From Takakia lepidozioides (taxonomy: Eukaryota; Plantae; Bryophyta): a DNA stretch of 64,000 nt. Location: assembly GCA_030704615.1 (NCBI GenBank), contig CM060733.1, forward strand, positions 10,788,001-10,852,000. The letters are read 5' to 3'. Below, in pieces: positions 13,208 through 24,746 of the stretch. Below the pieces are notes generated by a model. That model had not been told where the DNA came from. It worked only from the letters and a program-made list of their open reading frames with translations, and made no database searches. Numbering within the stretch: position 1 is the first letter of the stretch; each line of letters starts with the position of its first letter. A program made the position numbers and the translations under genes.

Positions 13208-16200
13208 GCGCTCCAGACTCCTAATCCTCCACACATTCGGAGCTCAAAAAACGACCTCGTCTAAGTTAGACATCATTTTTCTACAGTGAGTACCAAAACA
13301 GATTTGCACCGAGCGTAGACGTGGACCTCAAGCTTCTTATGGATATGTACAACGCACAGATATGAGTTGACACTTGACACCCTAATGGTTACTGCAACCT
13401 GCACATGGTAAACTCCCCACTCTACAACACCATCTCAGAAGTCGATTTGAACACGCCTTTGAGGAGTTTGGGCAACATGAACCAGCTTAAGACTTCCAAT
13501 TTGACGCGGGCAAGGTTGCAGAAATCGATCCCGACAGAAACAAGATATTTCGCTGTGCTTCATTCTCCGAACTTGCCCCAGTCTTGTCATGAACTGCAAC
13601 CGAACACGAGAACTCTCCCAAAATACTGATGAGCTAGTTTCAACTTTCGTGCTCCGCTGAGCTGCGCTCGAGCAAAAACTGTCGGGACCATCCTATCTCG
13701 TAACAGGTCCTAAGGGCGCGAAACACCACACTCTCGAAAGATGCCAATCGGCAAATTAAACAAGCCGCAAACTTGTCCATTGAAGCAACAATTTTGACAA
13801 GCTACCACGTGGTTTATACTTCAGAGCTTTTTTTGGACCAATCGTACCGACTCTTGACACGGTGTAAGGTCAGTTGACCACAGTTTCTCCATTGACTTCA
13901 ACACAATGCAAAGTCTCTGCCCTGAAGGGATAGAGCTAAAAACACGCCGAACTATGGAAAGCACGCCGTGTCTAGATGGGCGGCCGGAGAGGGACGCAAA
14001 GATGCCGCTCCTGTTGCAAAACAATGAATCACGAGAGGCAGGGATCCTCCGAATGGATCAAAGGTGGGAGCGTTGTTCCGGAATTTGCCACGACTTGCCG
14101 CCACTACAGTGTAGTGGCGAGCAAGCATCCCACACCAGTAAGTACTGGAGTCCATGGCGCCCACAGCCTCCAAATTCCAGATTCCAGCCGGGCTAGCTAG
14201 CTGCAACTTCGCAGCTACTGCACTGAAACTTCTCAAATGGACTGACCTGACCAACTGACCAAACAGCACAACTGTGCCAAACATAATTGCAGAGCCATAT
14301 CCATGATAAATTATTCGAGGTTTCAGCCTATGGCAGTGGGCGCAGCATTGACAAATATACCGCCGAACAAAGCATGCCGGTCCGGACTCCGCAGTGCGCA
14401 CCCAGTGCAGGCGCGGGCCCAACCGAGGTGGAGCCTCGTGGCGTCGGTCCCGACTCATAGAAAAGGAATAATTGATTCGTTTACCGATTTCTCTATAGAC
14501 ACTGGGCCTACCACGTCGATCGGGTCACCACAACTTTTCCTAGTTTGACGAGATCCAGCTCGATCGGTCTGCGCGTGCTTCTTCACCTTCTTCGTTGTGC
14601 ACAGTGTGCAGTGTGTGCAGTCTTTCGAGGTCAAATACCGACAGCGTCGGCCACTGAGATCTCAGCTCAAATCACTGTGTTCCACTGAGTACTGTATAAG
14701 AAGGCAGAGTAATCTAGTCATTTTCTAGATTTCAGAAACCCAATAGGCTAGTGGTAGATGATGTCAGTTTTGGGTACAGTGACGCTTTTGGGTGCGCATC
14801 CTCTCCTGGTGGCTTTCATTAGTCTTTCGAAGTTCTCTGAACACCTAATATGTTGCCTACAGTGGCTACTGTGCTTCTTTGGGCAGGCAAAGTACGCCCA
14901 CAGATGTTTTGGGGTAGAAGCAAAATCTCAGCAGACGGGTGACACCAAAACCATTTCGGGGACACCAACTGGACCTGGAGGCAGTTTTGTGACAAAATTG
15001 TGCATGGTTCCATGAGTCCCCTTCAAATCTGTGATTTCCAAAATGCTGGATCGTCCATGACTACCGTTGAATGGAGATCTGTTAACCCTTTCTAACAGCC
15101 ACTACAAATAAGTTAAAAGGGGAATGGAACTTCGACACATTGCTGGACTACAATCAGGCTGGCGAAACGTTAAAATGGTAGAGCAATTGACAAGAAAGTT
15201 GGTTACCCAGATCTACAGAAGGGCCTTCGACATGGCTTCCAATTGGTGTTATTCTTCAACCACAGGATACAGCCGTGTTTAACCTGACCGTTCCAGTTGA
15301 CCAGATGGTGAAAACCACATGGTTGAAGGAGTCTGGAGTTAATCGAGAAGAAAGGAAACTAGGATTTACTTCCTGGGTGCCCGTGAGAGAGCCACCATTC
15401 TCAGATGGCCCATGCTTAGATAGGCTACAAAACTCTCTCTCGACTGACCCCGGTGCAGTCTCATTTGCAGCAATATGCTTCCTGAGCGAGTGCATCAGCT
15501 GTCGATCATGAAAGTTCTCTAAGAAAAACTCTGAAAATTTACATGAAGACAACCTGGACAATAAGATTAACCTGTGCTCAGCGAGTGTTTGGAAAACATT
15601 GTCTTACATCATCATTCAGGAGTATTCATAAGTAACTAATCCTCGAGTTATGATATTGAGCATTGACGTATTGACATTTCTTTCAGCTGAATAATTCCAA
15701 AGACTTCAAACTCAGACAGTAAGTTAGATGTCAACCAGTACTCATGCACAAGAAGCATGATTCGTTTCACTACAATCCATGAGCATAGCCCAAAATCGTT
15801 ACATTCAATTGATCCTAGTGTACACAAGCATGCAGGCAATTGATAATAGTATCAGTAAGCGCAACAGGCCTCTCATTTTAAGATAATAGGGTCTTCAATG
15901 GGCACGTGCGATGTGGCCGGTGGGCCCCGCGCACGGACGCCCGGCTCCCCAGCACCCCGCCCGCCCCCCGCCCGCCGCTGCGCGCGGTCGCCCAGCCGCG
16001 GGCGCGGCTGCAGCAACCGCACCCGCGCCCCCCGTCCGCCACGCGGCCAGTCCCCTGCCCACGAGTCCGCTGCCATCCAGTCTGCCAGTCCGCTGCCCAA
16101 CAGTCTGCCAGTCCGCCAGTCCGCCCGCCAGTCCCCTGACGGCGCAGGATCGTCACCGTCCATTCCCATAACCCATCCGAGCCCTCCATTTTTAGGGCTA

Positions 16201-16439
16201 CAATTCAAACCTGCATCCCTGCCGCCTGCCACTTGCCAGCAGCCGCGAACGTGCGCATTGTTCTCCTGGCACGTTGTCGGTCGTGTCTTGTACTGCGGCG
16301 CGTTTCTTGCATGTTCAGAAGAGTGTCTTTTGTACTGTATAGGGCATGGACGTGGAAGCAAAACCCGATGATATACTGATCACGGAAAGCCCGCTTATAC
16401 GGCCTCTTCGACAATGTGTGCAAACAGCAAAACCAGGAC

Positions 16440-19400
16440 CCTTCAACAGGAAGGATCTCCATTGGAAGAGTGAGACGTAATATGGTTTATGGGTGTGCGA
16501 GTGAATGTTGAAAAGGCCTGCATACCTTGGGATAGAGTTGGTGACTTCGTCCTGGGAGAGGAGAGTTTGGAGGACTACCCACTCAGTTTCGGGTGAATGT
16601 CCATTCTAAAGTAGAACCCGGCTCGCGAAAAGCACCCAGAGCCAACACATTTGTGTCCAGTATTATGTGTGCACCATCCTCAATCCTTTTGACGTTTCAT
16701 TGCATGTTTGTTGTCATTTTTTGTTTCACGAGTTCTCTGATTTTATGCTTCCTCAAGTCGTTGGATATCGATTTTAGAATTTTCTGTCCAGGTATCAATG
16801 CTGTTACGGTCCTAATGACAAGCGCACCAACAAGGCAATAGTGGAGGATCCAAAACAGAAACGTGGAGGACTTCTTGTGGGTACTGGAACATCTTGCCCT
16901 CATAAAGGCCCAAGGAGAAAGAAGTCGGAGTATGGAGAGTCTTACAAACGTGGTTGTCAATGTTGTTTCAAGGTCCAGCAATGCTATCTCGCCCCTGACA
17001 TCTGTGTCCTCACGTACTACAACAACATGGAGCATACAGATGCGCAAGGGAAACCCTCGCATGGGAAGTCCGCAGAGTTCAGGAACACCCGCCACGCCTA
17101 TGCACCACACATTAGCGAGGAATTGAAAGCCTGGGTCATCGAGTGTTTGTGCCGAGGCCTGTCGGTCGCCCAAATCATGATGGAGCATAAAGAGCACGTG
17201 ATGAACAACACCGGCTTGGGCGATGCATGGACCCGCGATGATTTCTTGTTGGAGCAAAATGTTCGCAACCTTGCCGAGAAACATGCGTGGCAAACCTTCA
17301 AAAAGCACGCCGATGATGCAGAGAGTGTGCGCATGTGGAGAGACCAGAATCTTGCGTCCGTTTTTTTCTATCAAGAGGAGAAATTAGAGCCAACATTCGA
17401 GCATTTTGATGGAGATTTGACATTCACTATTGGCATACAGACTCCGTGGCAGAAACGACGAATGCTGGAACTAGGACATGACCGTATCGTTGCATGTGAT
17501 GCAACCTTTGGGACAAATCATGACAAAGTACTATTCGAACGATTCCATGGACTTGTACGAGCATGATAGCATAGTACCATGCAACATTCACATAATATTT
17601 GGTGTGCTGACCCTTTCTGTATGTTTAGGGTTTGTACGTTGCGGAAGACCGAGAGGCAGACCCATTGTGAACCGCTACAGACCTCATCACTCTTATGAAG
17701 TCTTCTCGTGCAGAACTGAGCGGAATTTGCATGCTCTGACCATCTTACATTGTCCATTCCAACAATTCCCATTATACACGTTGATGGTCTTCGACGAGTG
17801 GTTGAACGGTATACCAGTTGTCTATATCCTATCCGTGAGGAATCGGACAAGAGACCTGGTTCCGTGGATGAGAGCCTTGCGTGATTCACTCCTCGCAGAT
17901 TTGCCGAGCTGGCGACCCAATGCCTTCATTGTGGACGATGCCGAAGCAGAAATCAACGCTATTCGGTAAGTCTGTTGGTCCACAGCACCGGTCCATTGTC
18001 GAGGTCCACTGCAGCAGTCCATTGCTACAGTCCACTGGCAGACTCATGTGGCGAAACCCGATGGCAGTTCGTTGGGCAAATCCACTGGTAGTCCGCTGTC
18101 AAGTCCGGTCATCAGTCCCTTGGCAAGTCCGCTGGCAGTCCCCGGCAAATCCGCTCGGCCGTCCGCTGCCAAGTCCGCTGCCAAGTCCACTCAGCAGTCC
18201 CTGGGGTCGGCCGTCCGCTGCCAAGTCCACTCGGCAGTCCCTGGCAAATCCGCTCGGCAGTCCGCTGTGGCAGTCCACTGCCCCAGTCCTAGCTAGGGGA
18301 AGTCCAATGGGGAAGTCCACTGGGTAGTCCAATGGGGTTATTCCAACACATCAACGTCATGGCATTGTACTGTCCACTAGGCGAGTCCAGTGGCTCTGCC
18401 CGCTGATACAGGTCGTTGTTATAGTCCACTCCGGCAGTCCACCATTGCAGTCCGATCCCAAGACTCTAATGTGTACCATGTGTGTTGTGCAGAATTGTTT
18501 TTGAATAAGTACTCATTTTCCTCTGCCTTTGGCATGTCCGCAAGGCATGGGTGAAGCAATCATGCAAGAAAACAAAGGATCCGGTGACCGCTGTAAACTT
18601 GTTGAAGGATATGGGAGACCTCATGGACTGTAGAGGGGGACCACACAACGAGAAAAGAGCGCTTCGGTGGGTTGCAAGGAGAATCCGTCGTATGAGGTCA
18701 AAATACCCGAAGGACATGAATTTCTTGACTATATCAAACAGTACTGGAAGCCCAAAATAGCAATGTGGTGTACAGCAGCCCGCCATGTCCCTCATGCGAG
18801 CCAAGACACAAACGAGGCATACCATGGAAATCTGAAGGCAAGACTTGCCATGGGGAAAGGCAAGATGAGTGGTCGTAGAGTGGACTGGCTTATATGGGAA
18901 CTCACTGGCCGTGTGCTAACACACTACTGTACGCAATCCATTTGAAGACCCACGGGTTCATAAGAAATGACAAACATGAAAAAGTACATATCCAGTTCTA
19001 TACTTGCGGCACGAGACATTCCTGCTGAGAGTGTTACTCTTCCCTTGGGTCCTGGTGAACCAGCCTACGTTCTCAGCAGCAACCACCCCGGCACAACATA
19101 CATTGTTTATAATCTTGATTGCGATTGGGGTTGTTGCACGTGCCCATGGGCAATGAAGGGAAACTTATGCAAGCATCAGGTCCATGTCCTGAAGATGCTT
19201 CACCCTGACCTGCAGGATGGCCTTCTTGTATGCGCTTGTGGCAGGGCGCTGGGAACCATTCATGGAGGATTACCTAACTTGCTCTTGGGCAATGGTACCG
19301 GCGGCAACGACGAATCCAATCAGTTCATGGAAAGACATCCTCCGGACGACTTCCCCTACGACGAGGCACCTCTGGAGGTCTCAGCCTCATTGGAACAAGA

Positions 19401-19737
19401 ATTCGCGGACATACTTCGCATTGTAGGTGATGACAAATACCTGGAGGCACATGCCCGATCTGCTCTTCATATGTGCAGAGGGCAGCTCGTTGATATCCTG
19501 GCGAAAAGTGCGGCTGGAATGTTGCACCCTACGGCAGCGAAGGTTTTCCGTCCTCTGAACGACAACAACAACATGTCTCTGAAAATGAGACGAGATTTCG
19601 TGGAGACCTGGAAAACCCGGCCTAGGGTTTTGCGGAGAACCAGCGAGAGGGTGTCTGCACCTGCACCTGCAGCACATATATACTCAAAAATTCGCAAGGT
19701 TTCAGGTCGTGTAGATGTCACGAAGAAGACAATATAA
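16440..19737 (+). pseudogene. Mutator-like (MULE) DDE transposase with SWIM zinc finger; spliced, frameshifted
   Basis: IPWDRVGDFVLGEE, KRGCQCCF, IVACDATFGTN (first Asp), FIVDDAEAE (second Asp), LCLWHV (CxxH), DTNEAYH (Glu), SWIM CTCPWAMKGNLCKH. Introns near 17528-17765 and 17966-18491. In-frame stops and frameshifts near 18500-18960. Confidence 0.85.
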
Positions 19738-19946
19738 GTCTGCAATGCCTCGAAAAGAGACAAGGTTTCACGTCATGTAGGTGTCACGGAGAAGACAATA
19801 TAAGTCTGCAATTCCTCGAAAAGAGACAAGGTTTCATGTCGTGTAGGTGTCACGAAGAAGACAATATAAGTCTGCAATTCCTCAAAAAGAGACAAGGTTT
19901 CATGTCGTGTAGGTGTCACGAAGAAGACAATATAAGTCTGCAATTC
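19695..19946. repeat. 66-bp tandem repeat, ~3.8 copies, overlapping the transposase 3' end
   Basis: caaggtttca...gaagacaatataagtctgcaat starts at 19695, 19761, 19827 and 19893. Confidence 0.95.
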
Positions 19947-20639
19947 TTCTGGTAGCATTGTCCCTTTCTGAAATACAAGTCCGCAATGGACTAATGCACA
20001 GTCTCCCAACGGACTCCTCCAGTCTCCCAACTGACTCCCACACAGTCTCCCAAGCATGGTCTCCCAACGGACTTACCCACAGTCTCCCAACAGAGTCACA
20101 GTCAACAGACTGCGAGCGCCAGTAAGCCAGTCTGCTGGTCAGTCTGCTGCCCACTCCAAAAGTCTGCTCACCACACTTCCACCTCATCCCTGCAACTTAT
20201 GCCAATCCAGCGTCATAGCGGACTCATGGACATGGTGCCTCCCAGACTAGGTACCAGACCCAGCAGTCCTAGCCTCGGCAGCGTACTGCTCGCACATTCA
20301 AGCTCAGCAGACTCGGGTGCACAGTGCATGGAAAAATTGACACCATTGTGTCCATTGAGTTTAGTGACAACATTACAAAACATGCCAGCACCCACAGTAC
20401 ACAAAAGTGCACATCACCACTGGAATAGTAAGCGAAAAGACTCGCATTTTTTTTATTTCGGTACATAGACTTCACAGGACAAGTACATCATACTCATGAG
20501 AGCAGTTTCTCTACATTGTCCAACCCCCGCACGATATACTGGGCACACTGCATTCGCTGCCCAAGTGCAAACTTGAAAGTAAATCAGTCCTTCGTGAAAA
20601 GTGTTCCTCTCTCTGGCTTTGCAGTCTTGGAGACATTTG

Positions 20640-21420
20640 CTCTTACTTTTACCCACTCATAAAACACTTGAATGAATGACATGACATAAAAGCCACACTC
20701 CCAGCTGAATGGTTACTAGGGCACATCAGGCGCGTGGAACTGAAATGCTTGGACAATCTCATGCCACTCTGGTGAGTCCATCGAGTACCCTAAGCACTGC
20801 GCATGAAGCTTCCGAATCCACCCTAGAACAAAGGGACATTTATGCAAGTCCCTGATAGAGTTCAGGTGAGTGTAACAGCCCTTGCGGAGGTCGATGATAC
20901 AAACACTCCAGTGCCCCCTGCAATGGTATCAAACAACATGGCGTCATTGCACAATCATGATGGGCAGACTCAGCAGACTGACACTCAGCAGACTCAATCT
21001 TCAAACCCAGTCCACTGCACAAATACAGAGGTCAACTTAATCGCTCAGAGTCAAGACGACACTGCGAAACCAGACTATGACTCAGGAGACAGTCTCAGCA
21101 GACTCAGAAGAGTTCTTACTCGTCCCCAATTGGCACCAAAATGAAATCGCACTCTTTCAAGTCCTTGCCCAGTCGTTCAATGCTGAGGCAACCTTTCAAG
21201 ACCTCCAGAAGGCTTTCATGTTGCCCCACCCCCAATGACTTCAACACCGTCCACGTCGACGTTGGAAGAACAGCAATAGTGTTGGTGAACGCAGCCTCAA
21301 CCAACTTCTCATAGAATCGACACCACAGCTCCAGGAGTCTATTTGTGCACTCCGACTCAACCTTCTGGACCACCTTTATGTCATCTGGAGACAGTCCGCA
21401 TTCAAACCGTGGGTCCCCTT
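20640..21420 (-). pseudogene. Ulp1 (peptidase C48, SUMO-protease-like) domain carried by the MULE
   Basis: Splicing 21120 to 20917 gives DFILVPIGDEGHWSVCIIDLRKGCYTHLNS...APDVP**PFSWECGFYVMSF, matching the Ulp1 HW / DS / PQQ..CG motifs. The QQ codons are TAG TAA and the catalytic Asp position is AAC. Confidence 0.85.
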
Positions 21421-24400
21421 AAAAAAACATCAGCATGGAATTATCCGCCTTCACGTGCAAAGCATGTGCTTTGCCAAACCGAGCACCCATCCTGCACATA
21501 GCATACCATCCTTCGGGAAGCCTCATGTACTGAACAGACTGACGTCAACATGGTACCAAACACTCTACACAGGCTGAACAATTCATCAGACTGACAAGAC
21601 TAACCACAACAGACAATGATGAAACCAGCAACAGACTGACCACAACAGAGCGCAAAGCACTTAACGACAAAGACAGACGAGGAGACTGAGCACAGTACTC
21701 ACCTGTGCTGCTCCAGGAAACGACCCACATCTTTGTCCATGTCCAAGGCCAGCTTGCGGTTCTTGTTCATAAAGACGCCAAACTTTTTCTTCGCCGGACT
21801 CTTGGTACTCGGACCCTCCTCGACCTCCTCAGCATGGTCCACGACAGTCCGCTTCTTGGCTTTGCCTCTCCCCTGGGAAGCAGGGACAGCTGTAGGCGGG
21901 CTGGATAGAGCAGACAAACGCAGCGCTGCCCGCCCTACTTCGCAACAAAGGCTGGTCAGCAGGTTTGTTTACACTTGCTCGACCTGTCTTTGCAGCTTCG
22001 TGGGTCGCATGCGTAGAACAGACCCGCGCATCGGGGGGCGTGCTCACCCCCACACCTTTCTTGGTTGTCGATCCCACATTTGCAGCATGGGCGGAAGATG
22101 TCATGTCCTCAGAAGTAGACAGTCTGCCGACGGAGGGACGAACATCCTGTGAGGATACTGAGCAAAATGTCGAATTAGCCCAATTTCACAATGTGCTAAA
22201 ACATAAACAACAGTGCTGAAAGAGAAAATGGCACAACCTGCCCAAGGGGTGAGGGAGCAGACTCCATGTAATCCAGCTCTATACGAGACGGTGTCTGCGC
22301 CGCATGTGGTTCCTTGTCAGTGTGCCTGCCAGCATGTTCAGTCTGTTCCTCAATGTGGGCAGTCTGCTTGACCGCCGGTTCTTCGTCAGTCCTTTCGTCT
22401 GTGAACTGTGTAGTCTGCTGGCAACTCTGCGGTTCAGTCTCTTCCTCAATGTGCTCGGTGGCAGGTTGGTCGTCAGTCCTTCCCTCTGTGAAGTGTGCAG
22501 TGTGATGGTCAGGCCGTGCAATCTGAACTGTGCAGTCAGAGCTGAGCTGTGCAGTCTGCCGCTCCGAGCCATCCTGGTCAGTCCTTCCATCTGTGACCTA
22601 TGCAGTCTGCTGGTTAGTCTGCGGTTTAGTCTGCTCATCAATGAAGACAGTATGCTGCCCCGCCACAGGTTGTTCGGCAGTCCTTCCATGTGTCCACTGT
22701 TCAGTGTGCTGGTCAGTCTGGTGGACAGCCCGCTGGGTGTTCGGATCTCCATGGACTTGGGAAACATCAAGAACATGTATGGAAGACCCACCGGCAATTG
22801 CTTCCTCAGACTCTTCTGTAAGATCTATGATACGGTTTTGCGTTCCCAGATTGAGTTCGGTCATCACGTAAGACTCATCTATGGCTTTCGCCACTGAGCG
22901 CACGAAAACGGGACTAACCTGGAAGGTCATAGAAGGCAAGCCACGGGGAGCAGGATAAGAATGCTTTACCGGTGACCTGATGACGTTGTCAGTGAATGTG
23001 CCTGGGGGAAAAGTGGACTCGGTCAAAACACTCATACTGGCAGATCCAAAAACATTTTGTTGGGAACTCAGCATAAATTCGTCCACAGGGTCCCGGTGAG
23101 GCCAGTGCATCCGAGTCTGTTGCACAATCCAGGGAACAGACTGGTTGTTAGTCTCCTAGATAGTCTACTCGGCCATCTGCTGAGTGGGTTCGCCAGTGTG
23201 CTGCATAGTCTGGTGAGGGGCAATCTACTGGCTAGATTCGTCGGTCTGCTGAGGGGCAATCTGCTGGCTGGATTCGTCGGTCTACTGTACAGTTTGCTGA
23301 GGGGCAGTCTGGTGGCCATGTTCGTTGGTCTGCTGCACAGTCGGCTGAGGGGCAATCTGTTGGCCGGTCTGTTCTCCGGTCTGCTGCAAAGTCTGCAAAG
23401 TTCGCTGCCCACTCAGTACTGTTTGCACATACTGAGTATGTGTGTGCGGGGCAGTCTGCTGGGAGTGATCCGGCCTATTGCCCGGAATGGTCTGGTGCAC
23501 ATGCTCGGTCTCCAGCACTTGGGCAGTCTGCCCATGTGTCGTGGGGAATATGTTGTTTCGACATTCTTGTGGCCAGTCTGCTGGACAGTCTCCCGAACTC
23601 CTTGTAAAGCCAGGACAAGGTCCCTTGCACCTCTGGCAAAAGAGTCGAAAGCAACCTGCACTTGCTTGTCTCCCAGATCAACTCGCCCTGCAACACATGT
23701 TTATACAAATGTGAACTTGTAAAAAAGTTGGCAAAAGAAATTGAGCTGAAACACGAAAGTTGCCCATAACATTTTACCTTCCAAGATATTTCCGACGAGG
23801 CCAATGTCCTTGATTTGCCGGCACAGGCATGCTCCATCGAGATGAGCAATGCCGCCGATGCGGTCTTCAGTTGGGATCCCACACCACAGGACTTTGAAGA
23901 CATTGGGATTCTGCAAAACAATGTCGAATACTGCTCGCTCCATCACCAATGCAAACCAGTGCCATGCGTCATCCACCACAAACTTCTGTGAATGGTATGT
24001 TCCATAAAGTAAGTCCATCCTCAAACTATGCAGATCCTTCATCAACTTGTTGTATGAGCGGAAATTGCCAAATTGCATCCATCTGTGTTGTAGGAAGGAA
24101 GCCGTCATGCGCTCAAAGTCCTCCTCGGTCAATCCGAACAAGTGCTTTCTTCACACCCCAAAGGTTGGATGTGCCATAGGCATATGTCTGAGGTCTTCAG
24201 GCCGTGGGTCATCCATGAGAATCAGCTGCACAAGTAGAGGCGGCGCATTTTGGTCGCTTGTGGCTTCAATGGCAACAGCAGAGGCGGCTTCTAGAACATG
24301 GTTGGCTTCCTCAATAGAAAACTCCATGGAATAATGAAAGGGTACAAATGACCACCGGCGGTCCGCAACAATCCGGTGGAGCTCATTATGCCAATCCAAA

Positions 24401-24718
24401 TGGGGATTAATTTCTCCCACCCTAAGCCGGGGAAGTGTGAGGTCTTCAGCTCCGGGTCAAATTACCGGTGATGGCGATCGTCAAACTGCAAAAAGTGCTG
24501 CAGTGTTGGCTGCTGGTCCGCAGTCTGTTGGATGACAGGACTTCCCATTGGCATGGGCTGCATGATGGGCTCCTGGAGAGGAGTCTGCAGGATGACAGGC
24601 TGCTCGTTGGCTTCGTTGGAGTCTGCTGGATAACAGGCTGCTGAACGGGAGTCTGCTGGATGACGGCCTGCTGAATGGGAGTCTGCTGGATGGCAGACTC
24701 GGCTGTCCCAGACGCATT

Positions 24719-24746
24719 CCCCCCCCCCCCCCCCCCCCCCCCCCCC
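24719..24746. repeat. Poly-C tract (28 nt)
   Basis: Seen directly. Confidence 0.95.

Noticed and set aside
13400-15650. Protein-like fragments (MFGTVVLFGQLVRSVHLRSFS on -; WTWRQFCDKIVHG and WLPIGVILQPQ on +)
   Set aside because: Interrupted by stops, with no recognisable motif or consistent exon chain. Possibly pseudogenes, but unsupported.
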